From: Azolla caroliniana
Taxonomy: Eukaryota; Plantae; Polypodiophyta
DNA: 64,000 bases
Direction of reading: 5' to 3'
NCBI GenBank assembly: GCA_043228905.1
Contig: JBHGNT010000022.1
Span: 6,014,001-6,078,000 of the forward strand
This document shows, piece after piece, positions 51,687-64,000 of the stretch (within the stretch, counting starts at the first letter, position 1; the number at the start of each line of letters is the position of its first letter). The position numbers were made by a program, and so were the translations under genes. The notes under the pieces are model-generated. The model searched no databases. It worked only from the letters and a program-made list of their open reading frames with translations, and was not told the origin of the DNA.

Positions 51687-53010
51687 ATATTGAACATGCA
51701 TTCGGTGAGGCTCTCTAATCTCAAGTGGTCTTCATCCTGTTTTCACATCTACTGGTGGCCTATGAATGTGTGTTATAAGCAAATTGAAGACTTGCCCTTT
51801 TCTCACCAGTTTCCGCTACATTAACTCTCCACGAATCTTATTCTGCTCAGATGACAAGAAACCAGATGCTAGCTCAACACTTGGCGTCGCCCTAGTTTTC
51901 TCCTGTTCAGTTGAGCTTGATGATTCAGAGTCTAAAATTTTTGTCATCTTCTTTTTTGCCAATCTCGATTGCACCTTTGAGGCCTTTGCCGGGGCCTTTG
52001 CCGGGGATGACGAGGCATCCCTTAGAGTTATGTGGCCTTGTATATATGGTCTCAAGGTTACAATTAGATTTTGTGAACTCTCAAGATTGAGATTAAAAAA
52101 TTCAGGCCCACAACACTTCTTGACAAGCCGATCTTCCGAGAGGTACACTTTACGTACTCCCTTAAAGCAATCTATCATGAGAAGAATGTTGATGGAATCA
52201 GAATCTTCATAGTCAAATCGTAAAATACGACCATAAATAAAAGGAGTGTCTTTTTCAAGTGGACTATCACCCTTCCTCTTTGCAATATACAACATGACTT
52301 TCTTCTTCGAATCGACGTACTGCATACACCATTCATTATCCGTTAGGTCACAGTCAAGAAGGTCCTCACCACCAAGAGTTGCTAACATCTTTTTCTGGAA
52401 AACTTCATTAGATGGTTGAGATTTTTTCTCCACATTGAAGAGAAGCTTCATTCCTCTCTTCATGTTCTGGGTAACTACTTGTTTTTGGGTCTCTACCGGA
52501 GGACCCTGATATCGGAGCTTGATTTTCTTAACAAGCCGGTCTGATAAGTTCTCAAACGACCTATTTAAGAAAGGAGGTGGAAAATATATGTTAGTTGGGT
52601 CCTCAGATTTAGGCTACCTAACAAAATTACCACAGGTAAACTAAGACTAACACTGGCAAGTGACTTGTGTTAGTCCCTTTATTTCAATTAATGTTAGAGG
52701 TAAAAATCATAGACCTTTATTGTAGATGTAAATTTGTTATAGCTTATTTAACTCGGAAAATTATAATTCTTAAGAATTTTGCTAGGACATATTTCATATC
52801 CGACTGTAGGTAAGGTCACATTGATATCATAACCCTAATTTGTATGATATTTTCTAGTGTTTTAATCAACTTTAGCTCAAGTTCCCTATTTCAACAATGG
52901 TGCTAAATGTTACAAAATCAAGCAATTTTTAAAAAAAATATCTTAATTTGCCATCTAAAGTAGTGTCTAGACACACATATGCCAATAATTTTTCGAAAAC
53001 ACACTATTTC

Positions 53011-56000
53011 TGTCGAAATTCCGTGCTCGGCCACAACCGAGGAACAGGATCGATTCACAGAAAACAGGAAATACAACAATGCACGAAAAACAAAAAGAGA
53101 GAAGAGTACACTGGATGTTTTACGTGGAAAACCCTAAATGGGAAAAAACCACGGGAGTCCTCAAACTCCAACTATCACTAAAACAGAGATGTACAATGGT
53201 GAAGCTACAGGGCAACAACCTTGAGCTCACTATCTTCACCACAGGCGGTGGTAATACACAGAGGCAACGACCTCTTCGTCTCTCTCTCTCTCGGCTGCTC
53301 TCACTTCGCTCCCTCTTAGTGGAAAACAGAAAAAATGAGCAACAACAGACTTAACTATTTGCCCTAAGTCATATTTATACACATATGACTTTCGGGCTAT
53401 TTACAAATATAGCCTCAAGGGCTCTTGGCAAACATATTCACAAATATGTCTCCGCATCCGGATCTCTCTCCGGGTACATTCGTCATCCGGCTCCGTAACC
53501 GGGGTCTTCATCATCCGGCTCCGTAGCCGGGGTCTTCATCATCCGGCTCTGTAACCGCAACCGGGCTTGCCGTCATTCATCTCCGGACATCCCATCCGGA
53601 GGGACCGAAATCCCAACAAACTCCCCCTTCACTTCGGCATGGGATGTCTCTCCAGTCCGATCCTCTTCCGGCATGCTTCCAGCTTGTCGGGTGTGAGCAC
53701 CTTGGTCAGCATATCCGACCCGTTCTTGTCCGTGTGGACCTTCGTCAGCACGAACTCCTTGTCTTCTATCCTTTCCCGGATCCAGTGATATCTTCGCTGG
53801 ATGTGCTTCGTCCGGGAGTGATAAGCCGCGTTCTTCGCAAGGTGGATGGCACTCTGACTGTCGCAGTAGAGTCGGTACTCCTCCTGCTGGATACCGAGCT
53901 CTCTAATGAAGTCCTTCATCCATATTATTTCCTTGCCGGCTTCAACAGCCGCCATGTACTCCGCCTCCGTGGTTGACAACGCAACCGTCTTCTGCAGCCT
54001 CGACTGCCACGAAACAGCTCCACCTGCATACGTCATCACATACCCTGATGTGGACCGGCTGGTATCTGCATCAGCCGACATATCCGAATCGGTAAAGCCG
54101 TCGAATTCGGGCTTACCGGAGCCGAATCGGAGGCACACGTTTGTCGTGCCCTTCAGGTATCGGAGTATCCACTTGACCGCGTTCCAGTGCTCTTTGTCGG
54201 GATTGCTCATGTACCGGCTCACCACTCCAACTGCATATCCTATGTCCGGTCTTGTACACACCATTGTGTACATCAAGCTTCCGACGGCAGAGGCATATGG
54301 TACTTTCATCATGTCCTCCTTCTCAGCCTTTGTCTTGGGGCTTTGCTTGCTGGACAACTTGCAGTTTGCCGGGAGGGTTGACCCGACCGGTCTTGCTTCC
54401 GACATGTTGAACCGGTGAAGCACCTTTGTCACGTACTTCTCCTGTGACAGCCACAACTGCTTCTTCTTCTGGTCCCGGATGATGTGCATCCCTAGTATTT
54501 GCCTCGCCGGACCCAGGTCCTTCATTGAGAAGGTTCGGTGAAGCGCTTTCTTCAGCGCCCGTATCTTGACCTGGTCCCGTCCGACGATCAACATGTCGTC
54601 CACGTACAGGAGGAGTATTAGAGAGTCTCCTCCTTCAAACTTCTTCACAAACACGCAGTGATCAGACTGCGTTTTGTGGTACCCTTCGTCGGTCATGAAG
54701 GAGTCGAACTTCCGGTACCATTGCCGGGGAGCCTGCTTCAGTCCGTAAAGGCTCTTCTTCAACCGGCATACCAGGTGCTCCTTCCCTTTCTTCTCGAATC
54801 CTTCCAGTTGCTGCATGTAGATCTCTTCTTCGAGGTCACCGTGAAGGAATGCCGTCTTCACGTCCATCTGTTCTACCTCGAGGTCCATGCTTGCCGCTAT
54901 GCTCAGCACCGTCCGGATGGAGGTCATCTTCACTACCGGGGCAAATATCTCGTCGAAGTCGACGCCCTTCTTCTGCTGAAACCCCTTCACCACGATCCTG
55001 GCTTTGTATCTCGGGGGGTTTCCGGCATCTCCCGGTTTCAGCTTGAACACCCACTTGTTTCGAAGTGCCCGCTTTCCTTTCGGCAACTCCACAAGTTCAT
55101 ATGTGTGGTTCTCATGCAGGGAATCCATCTCGTCCTGCATGGCACTCAACCACCTGCGGCTCTGGGTGTCATGCTTTGCTTCTTCAAAGCTCTCCGGCTC
55201 CCCTTCGTCGGTTAGCAGCACGTGCTCTGGTTCCGGAAATCTCCGGGGGGCCCTTCTCTCTCTTAGAGGATATCTCCGTTCCGAAGCTTCGGTAACCGGT
55301 TCTTCCGATTCTTCTTCATCCGAATCCATTTCGGGATCGGGGCCGGTTCCGGTATCATTTTCATCTTCTTCGGCCGATTCTGTTTCTTCACCGTCTTCGG
55401 CCGGATCCTCGAGTGCTAACCGGTCTCTTGCCGGTCGGGACTGCTCCTCGTAGAGTTGATCCTCACCGGTCGACTTGGAGCTCTTCATCTTCTTCTCCGA
55501 CTCCCAGTCGGCAAGTGTCTTGTTCTCCATGAAGATGATATCACGACTCCGGAATATCTTCTTGTCGACCGGGTCCCATACTCGGTAGCCGAACTCGTCA
55601 TCGCCGTAACCGAGGAATATGCATGGACGGGTCTTTGGATCCAGCTTTCCTCTCCGGTCCTTAGCCACATGCACATATGCGAGGCACCCGAATACCTTCA
55701 GATGCCGGTAGGATACTTCCCTACCGGTCCACACTCTCTGCGGCGTGTCTCCGTCCAAAGGTACTGAGGGTGATCTATTTATCACGTATGTCGCCGTCGA
55801 CATCGCCTCAGCCCAAAACCCCTTGGGTAATTTCGCATGCGCTAGCATACTCCGGACCCTCTCCATTATGGTCCGGTTCATCCTCTCGGCCAGCCCGTTC
55901 AGTTCTGGCGTCTTCGGCACAGTAAACTCGAGCCGGATTCCCTTCGAGCAACAGTACTCCGCGAACTGCCCCCGGTATTCGCCTCCGTTATCCGCTCGTA

Positions 56001-58313
56001 TCGCTTTCAACTTCTTGCCGGATTCTCTTTCCACTCTCGCGTGGAGTTCTTTGAAGACGGACAACACTTGGTCCTTTGTCTTCAACGGTGCCGTCCACAG
56101 CTTCCGGCTGTGATCATCAATGAAAGTCACGAAGTACTGGGCTCCGCCATGTGACTTCGTTTCTACCTGACACACATCAGTGTGCACCAACTCCAATGGT
56201 GCCCTACGTCTCGTCGGTGGCCTTGAGTGGAAGGAGGTTCGGTTCTGCTTACCGGCCAGGCAATCGGTGCACTTCTCCAGGTGCACATGCTTCACTGGAA
56301 TAAGGTTGTCTTCTGCAAGCCTCTTCATCCCCTTCTCACTCATGTGGCACAGTCTTTTGTGCCACAGCTCACCGGCAGTGTCGGCTGCCACATTCAGCTC
56401 TTCTGGACACAACCAGGCATTCATAAGGTACAGTGTGTTGACTTTCCGGGCCCGAGCCACTATCAGGCTTCCCTTGCTGAACTTCATTACACCGTTCCGG
56501 ATGCTACCTGTGTAGCCTTCATCGTCTAGCCTCCCGGCCGAAATCAGGTTCAATCGAACCTCTGGAACGTGTCGGACATCCTTCAGCAGCATTTTGCATC
56601 CGGTCGGGGTTGTCAACCATACGTCTCCTATGCCGGCAATCCGGCACGTACCTTCATTTCCCATCCGAACACAACCATGTTCACCGGCTGTGTAGGATGA
56701 GAAGTATCTACTTTCCGGGGTCAGGTGGAACGACGCTCCGGAATCGACCACCCAGGTAGTCTCATCGCCGGCAATGTTTAGTTCACCTTCTTCGGTGATG
56801 AGCATGATCTCCTCTTCACTTGCCGCGAGTGCCGTCGTTCCTTTCCGGTCCTGCCCTCGCCGATCCGGACCTCTCCGGTCCGTGGCTCCCCGGTATGCGC
56901 CGTTTCGCTTCGGTGACTTCTTCGAATCGGTGTCGTCGGATCCGTTGTCTTTTTGGTAATGCCGACAATTCTTCCGGAAGTGCCCCGGCTTCCCACAGTG
57001 GAAGCATGTGGGTCTTCCTCTTGACTGCGACCGGGTCCCCGACTTCTCCCGTCTTTGCGGACTCCGGTTCCATTGTCTTCCCCGTTCCGATTCGGTAAGC
57101 AGCGCCTTCGAGTCGGAGGCCGGTTCTTTATCTCTCCGACGCGCTTCTTCATTCAAAATACTTGTCTTTACCGTTTGTAGGGACAAGTTATCTTCGGTGC
57201 AGGAGGTGCTGAGAGTCACCACCAAGTTCTCCCAGCTGTCCGGCAATGTACACATCAGGATGATGGCTTGCATTGCATCCTCCAACGGGAACTTGATCGC
57301 CGCAAGCTAGTTCACGAATCCCATGAACGTGCTTACGTGTTCCACCATACTCTCGCCGTCCCGGTACTTGAGGTTCACTATCTTTCTCATCAGGGAGGTC
57401 CGGTTCAACGCATTCTTCCTCTCGTAGAGGCCCGACAGCTTCCTCCACATCTCATATGCGTTGGTGTCGTTCGTCACGTGTTGTAGAACGCTCACGTCGA
57501 CGTATTGCCGAATGGTTGCAACGGCTTTCCGGTTCAGAAGCCTCCACTCCGTCTCAAGTACCCCCTTGGGTATTTCCGACCTGTCGATCGGTTCATACAG
57601 GTCCCGAACAATGAGCAGATCCTCCATCTTTATCTTCCAGTCGGCGTAGTTCTGCGCATTCAGCACCATCATCCCCGGCTGCCCGCTACTGCCGCCTTCC
57701 ATTTTCTGTGTTACCGTCGCTCTGATACCACTTTGTCGAAATTCCGTGCTCGGCCACAACCGAGGAACAGGATCGATTCACAGAAAACGGGAAATACAAC
57801 AATGCACGAAAAACAAAAAGAGAGAAGAGTACACTGGATGTTTTACGTGGAAAACCCTAAATGGGAAAAAACCACGGGAGTCCTCAAACTCCAACTATCA
57901 CTAAAACAGAGATGTACAATGGTGAAGCTACAGGGCAACAACCTTGAGCTCACTATCTTCACCACAGGCGGTGGTAATACACAGAGGCAACGACCTCTTC
58001 GTCTCTCTCTCTCTCGGCTGCTCTCACTTCGCTCCCTCTTAGTGGAAAACAGAAAAAATGAGCAACAACAGACTTAACTGTTTGCCCTAAGTCATATTTA
58101 TACACATATGACTTTCGGGCTATTTACAAATATAGCCTCAAGGGCTCTTGGCAAACATATTCACAAATATGTCTCCGCATCCGGATCTCTCTCCGGGTAC
58201 ATTCGTCATCCGGCTCCGTAACCGGGGTCTTCATCATCCGGCTCCGTAACCGCAACCGGGCTTGCCGTCATTCATCTCCGGACATCCCATCTGGAGGGAC
58301 CGAAATCCCAACA
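53011..58313 (-). mobile_element. Full-length young Ty1/Copia element
   Basis: LTRs 53011-53618 and 57734-58313; TSD ATTTC at 53006-53010 and 58314-58318; PBS 57719-57730; PPT complement 53619-53630. Confidence 0.97.
53629..57703 (-). CDS. Copia gag-pol polyprotein (gag, PR, IN, RT, RNase H) with one premature TAG at 57309-57307
   Basis: CFHCGKPGHFRKNC, VVDSGAS, DNGGEY, YVDDML, TDSD...TEAEY motifs; ORFs 57307-57759 and 53629-57285 are in frame. Confidence 0.95.
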
Positions 58314-58319
58314 ATTTCA

Positions 58320-58755
58320 ATACGGCGTATCGAGTTTCTTTTTAAAGTAGGGGTTTTTTAGTAAGAAATGGATGCGCCGTATCGAGTTCCTGTTTAAAAG
58401 ACTCTATTATCAACATGACCTCAATACGATGCATTGAGTTTCGGATCCGAGGGAGTCTTTTAAACAAGAACTTGATACGGCGTATCGAGTTCCTTTTTAA
58501 AGTAGGGGTTTTCAACAGGAACCCGATACGATGTATCGAGTTCATGTTTAAAGTGAGGGTTTTCAATAGGAACTCAACACGGTGTATCGAGTTCTTGTTG
58601 GCAATCACCACTTTCAACAGGAACTCGATACGTCGTCCTGTTGAAAAACCCTACTTTAAACCTCAGATCCGGAACTCGATACATCGTATCGAGGTCATGT
58701 TGATAATAGAGGCTTTTAAACAGGAACTCGATACGACGTATCAAGTTCCTGTTTG
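58320..58755. repeat. Direct and inverted array of AACTCGATAC/GTATCGAGTT in intron 1 of the methyltransferase gene (homologous array at 18810-18945)
   Basis: Repeated quasi-palindromic units GAACTCGATACnnnGTATCGAGTTC. Confidence 0.85.
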
Positions 58756-59196
58756 AATCAGAGTTATGATGTGTATATAGATGGTTGAAAAATTAATAAA
58801 TATAAGAGGGTCCGTACAATGGTGTTGCTTACCTGGAATCTGGTCTGTCAAGCTTCTTCGATGACTATATTGTATATATACTATATGTATACTATATACT
58901 TAATGTTTTTTATTTAATACACATTATGGGAGTACCAAGTTGATTTACATGTGGGCAATAAGAATTTTAAATGATTGTTACCTCATTATTGGATTAATAA
59001 GGTTTAAAATATAATTTATGAACATTATACTGACTAGTGTATATAGTTATTAATATAATTAATAAAATTATTATATAAATAAAAATATCTTTGTTTATTG
59101 AGGGAGCTTATGTTTATAGAGGGGCTTATCATTGGTTCCAATCTCTTATATTAGCATAAGCACATAACTTGGAGAGCTTTGTGTTGATCTTAAGCC

Positions 59197-61911
59197 ATGA
59201 GCGAAGACTCATCGTTTTCGATTGAAGAATATTGCTTGTTATCAGACTCATCGTTTTCTACCGAAGAGTATTGTCTGTCGACAGACTCGTCGTTTTTATC
59301 GAAGAATATTGTCTGTCAACAGACTCACCGTTTACCATTGAAAAATATTGTCTAAGCTCATCTTCTCCTAAAACTCATGTGAATAATGACTCATGTGAAG
59401 AGTTCTCTATTTAAGAATACGATATTAATAAAGATACGGACAATGAAGAAAATGCCAATGAAACATCGAAGATCATGGGCGAGCAACGTAACAACAAAGA
59501 ATTTGATTGTAACGTGGTTACCCCAATTTCTAGGCAAGAAGAGAAATCGGGAAGCCCCATGCATATTAGAAGAATCCCACGAAGAATTCGTTTGGCCAGA
59601 CTTAACTTGGTGACATCAGATAAGCAACTTGGATTTGATATCAACAAAACATGTTGTGGTTGTATGTCAATGATTAGAAAATCAAACTTGAGAGAATTAA
59701 GGCGTTATTATTTTTCGATGACTGGTGATGAGCAAGACACTTACCTCAGCTCACGTATGCAACTAATGTCTAACAAATCTTTGCAGATCAAAGTATCATT
59801 CGAGTATTATATCTTCCATGCACAACAGATATGTAGAGTTGCATTCAAATTTGTGCTATGTGTTAGTAACATGCGGCTACATAGAGTACAACAATGTCTT
59901 CTTAGCGGGGATTAGATGCTCAATTGTAAAGAGGTTCTAGGTATGAAAGGTGCAAGTGGAAGACATACTATTGGTTGCATGAAAAGTTACTTTCAGTTAA
60001 ATTGTGAAGTAATGCCCACTACAGGCAGGATGCACCTCTCTGATAATTACACACGTCGGGAAGTTTATGATGACTATCGATCAGATATGGTGGACTCTAG
60101 TAATAAATATGTCACATACAACCAATTGACAAGATTGTGGAGAGCATGGTTTTCAAATGTTATTATTCCGTTTAAAGTATGCATGGGGTATTGCTTAATT
60201 TGTGCAAATCTTAAAAGTTTGGTTAAAGGTGCGAAGACATCAACGGAAAGGATATGAGTAAGAAGTTACTATAGGAGCATCGTGAGGCACAATGGTTAGA
60301 ACGAAAGAAGGCGATACATCATAGAGAGAAGTGTTTGAAGAGGCTAGAGCAATACATGTGCTTAATGATCGATTGCATGGACCAAAAGAAGGCGTGCTTG
60401 CCACATAGGCGGAGGCTCCCCAAAGACATCAATGATGAGTGCCTTGTTCAAATGCACTTGGTGGGATGCTTCGCTTATAATAAGTTAGTTGAACCTCACG
60501 TCTTCATTACATACCCCAATGTTCATAATGACCCTAACCTAACAGTTACAGTGATTCACCGAGTTTTGATGTCTTGGGGCCAACCATTCCCCCCTGTTCT
60601 ATACATTAAATTGGACCATACTGTTAGAGAGAAAAAAAAATCAACAGTGTTTGGCTATCTAAGTATGTTGGTCAACCAAGGATTGTTTAGAAATGTGAAA
60701 GTCAATTTTCTTTTGGTTGGCCACACACATGATCATATAGATCAGATGTTTAGCACATTCTCTAGACAGTTGTCTCGAGGTGATGCTTTCACATTACCAA
60801 AACTATTTGATGCCATTTGTGATGCATATACACCATGCCCAAAAGTGTTACACTTGGAGGTATATGACTTTAAGAGATATATATCAGATGGGGGTGTTGG
60901 GAATGTTAAAGTGCTTGCCCAGTTAAACAATATAAGCTTCAATTACAGTTTTATGATAAAGAAAAACGAAATAAGGGGTTCTATGCTTTTGTATGCCAAA
61001 CAAGATTCATCTTCTACAAAATGGGAACCTTATGGTGGTTGCCAGTTCTGACTTTGTATGTTGAGTACAATAGCCCATGAAGCTAAACCAATGCCAATTG
61101 AGAAGAAAGGACAGTTGCATAGTGACTTGGTATCGGAATAAAAACACTGATGTCTCCAAGCCTTAACAGGAAAAAGAAAGCATATTGAGGCCGCAAAGAA
61201 ATATGCCGCACAACAAGAAACGTCATGGTGGGATGTATTTTTTAGTGATCAGAAAGGAATTATTGACAATTGTGTATCTCGTGATTATTGGACCTTGGAA
61301 ACGCCATTCACATGGTTGCTACAACATGATCGTGTAAATAATACTCCAGAGCAACCAACAAATGCGATTAATGACAGTTTGGTCCACCCACAAAAAAGAG
61401 ACATTTATGTGGGACCAAGGATGACCAAAGCAGCTGAAGCTAGATGGCAAGGCAATTTGCAAGAGCTTGCGGCAGGGATGTTGATTGCAACACATGCTGA
61501 TGAGAACTCACATGGCCACCAATTTTGGATTGGTAAAATTTTAGAAGTGCTAATGCATGAAATAGAAAACACGATCAAGTCTATCAAAGTGCATTTGTAC
61601 AACATTAGAAGTGAAAATGCTTTTACAGGTAAGTATACATTGAAGATGATTGAATGCCCCATGAAAAGGGGGGGGTAGGCAGAGGAAGCAAAACATTCGT
61701 CACACCTTGACCCTTGATATCTTTGATGTAGATATCATCGTGTACGACTTCATGCTTACAAAAGTTGGACGTTTAAGGAAGTCAAGAATAGATATAATAA
61801 AAGAAAACTTATCAGGTCTACAATGTGGCTTGAGTTGAAGGCAAAGGAGATCTGCTGCATATAATCTAGAGTTACACCATCTGGTTTATGATGAAGACAA
61901 TGCATTGATTG
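59197..61911 (+). pseudogene. Sola1-type transposase copy 2
   Basis: ORFs 59475-61678 are colinear with copy 1; GHTHDHIDQMFS; many stops. Confidence 0.85.
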
Positions 61912-64000
61912 TGTGAATGTAAACGTGCGGAAGCGTTAAATAAAACCGGCTCAGCTGGATAGCAATAGAGAATAAGATGAAGGTTTAATGGAGAAGCTTA
62001 ATACACACAGAATACGTGTGGGAGAGACAAAGATAGAGAGAGAGAGTGCAGAACATCAACTCTATTCAAAATAACACTCTGAAAACTCTGTACATACAAC
62101 GTGCTAAAACAACACTATTTATACAAGTCCATAAAGGACTGATAGAAGTATTGATAGGTACTTCAATATTCCTACGTGTGACTGACACTAACTACGAGAC
62201 AATGATTGCCTAGTAGTCTAGGTTACTATTAGGCTTCTGGTTCCCGCTCGAATCTGGCTCTCCGATCAGTCTCCCCAATCCGACCGATTGTTTCCGGATA
62301 CCAATCCGGCTCATCCTTCTAGATGTCGATCCGGCTCAGGCTTCTTTAGCCGATCCGGATCCGGTTGAGCTTGCTCACTCAACAATCCCCCTCAAGCTCA
62401 ACTTGAGGTCGGATCGTGGTGTTAGTGTCCGTGGCAGCCGGTTCTTCTACACAGCTCCTTTTGGCGTTGCTCTGCCTTGCTCGCGCTCCCCGTCTGGTCC
62501 AATTGTGTTTGCCGCGACCCTTCTGGTTCTGGGCACCTCGACCTCCTTGGTTGGCTTGTTTGCTCCATAGGCCCATTTCAGCTCCCTTGTTGCTGCGAAT
62601 ATGGCGCTTGTCGACCCATCGGTTCCTTCGTGTTGGCGTCGACTTCCGCTGCGTTCGTGTCCATTTGGCCTTTAGTTGATCCGGCTTCTCCGAATTTTGA
62701 ACCCAATCCATTTCCTTCGATTCGTTCCAGATCTTGTCTGAGTTGGTGTTCTCCAACTCGTCTTTCGATTTCAGGCCCTTCACCATATCAAACCATGTCT
62801 AGGTCTTGGCCTTCTCCTTCTGGTCGGCTCTATCCTTCTTGACTCTGCAGCCGCTGCCGCTCGTTCCGACTTCTTCGGACGTGCCGACTTCTTTCGTCGA
62901 CTCGGCTTCCTTTTTCCTTTTGTCTCCCCCTTTGTTGGTTCTTTCTTCCTCTTCGGCTCCTTGTCTGGTGCCATCCGTTCCCTTTCCTTTTCTCCCCCTC
63001 AAGTGCGGCACATCGAGATGCTGAATACCGAGCATCTCTGAAAAATGTTGCAACTTGTCTGATCCTAGCGGCTTGGTGAAGATGTCGGCAACCTACCGAT
63101 CCGTGTGAACATTCCGAAGTTCAACTTCACCGCTCAGAACCCGCTCGTGAAAAAAGTGATAATGTACTTCTATATGCTTTGTCCAAGCATGGAATGCCGG
63201 GTTCTTGGCGAGCTGAATGTTGCTCATGTTGTCACAATAGATCAGGATCGGGGTCGGTACCTCGATCCTGAGGTCACGCAACAGTCGCCGAAGCCAAATG
63301 GCTTCGCCGGTGGCATTGGTAGCGCCTCGGTACTCAGCCTCAGTGCTCGACAGAGCCACTGTTGGCTGCTTTTTGCTGCTCCATGCAACAGCCGTGCTAC
63401 CTAGAGAAAACATGTAACCAGAGGTGGATCGACGATCCAATGGATCACTGGCCCAATCAACATCTCTATATCCGACTAGCTCTTCGGTTAGACAATGCCA
63501 GTATAACAGTCCCTGGTCGTTCATGCCGCTCACATACCACAATATTCAATGTGCGCACTAAAGGTGCTCCACGGTTGGCTTATGCATGAATTGGCTGATC
63601 ACACCAACCGGATAACTGATGTCAGGTCGGTTGATTGTCAAGTAAACTAGGCTTCCGAAAATTTGTCGGAACCATTTCTCATCGCATGCCGGTCCGGAGT
63701 TGGGACTGAGCTTCTGGTTCCGATCTAGGGGTGAGGAGATAGGTCAGCATTCTGGCATGCCGGACTTGTACAATATGTTCAACACATAGTGTTGTTGTGA
63801 GAGAAATATGCCGTCGGGGGTTCGGATTACCTCGATCCCAAGAAAATAATGAAGGTCCCCCACGTCCTTCATTTCAAATGCGTCCTACAGTTGGGACTTT
63901 ACTCGGCCGATTTCATTGAGTCCGGGTCTGGTGATGACTAAATTATCAACATAGAGTAGGATGCAAATAGAACCGTCTGTACCTTGCCGGATGAACAACG
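61912..64000 (-). mobile_element. Copia 3' end (RT/RNase H remnant, charged tail, PPT, 3' LTR 61912-62384)
   Basis: LYVDNLV RT remnant near 63945; RRSTSGY...ALSSTEAEY RNase H; ATCCCCCT PPT complement at 62385. Confidence 0.9.

Larger units (their letters stand above)
51687..58866 (-). pseudogene. 5' part of ParB-methyltransferase gene copy 2 (mini exon 1 about 58866-58833, exon 2 from 52560)
   Basis: ORF 51816-52463 is homologous to 17898-18580; exon 1 SSKKLDRPDSR/GT matches MSSKRIEREDSR/GT. The methyltransferase part of this copy is not visible. Confidence 0.82.
51687..61911 (+). mobile_element. Sola1-like transposon copy 2 (internal part; termini not visible)
   Basis: Same divergent two-gene layout as copy 1, with colinear homology of both genes; cut by Copia LTRs at 51686 and 61912. 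Confidence 0.85.

Noticed and set aside
53644-57649. Plus-strand ORFs over the Copia element
   Set aside because: Antisense shadows of a GC-rich gag-pol frame.

Overview
Gene-free, transposon-saturated eukaryotic DNA. Plant origin is inferred from a GRP7-type RRM retrocopy, teloboxes and tRNA-iMet PBSs; a large-genome non-seed plant such as a fern is plausible but not provable here. The window is a deep nest whose borders can be read from TSDs, TIRs and LTR pairs. A chromodomain Ty3/Gypsy element (8036-50483, TSD ATATG) contains a Sola2-like TIR transposon (11944-46525, TSD GTGT). That contains a Sola1-like TIR transposon (14472-36030), which contains an 8-bp-TSD TIR element (21116-34147), which contains a full-length L1 LINE (26604-33236). 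Several Copia elements, solo LTRs and a non-autonomous LTR element are also present. Two observations stand out. (1) The Sola1-like transposon, present in two diverged copies, carries a divergently transcribed, spliced cargo gene; the complete copy (6 exons) encodes a ParB-like domain fused to a bacterial/phage-type beta-class N4/N6 DNA methyltransferase (ADIPYG ... NPYQKP ... LDLFSGTGTT). (2) Two LTR elements with dissimilar LTRs have a tRNA-3'-end-like sequence (…GGCGTGCCA, 5 nt before the 3' LTR) where the PPT should be, suggesting tRNA-primed plus-strand synthesis. Family names come from motif recognition by eye, not from database searches.
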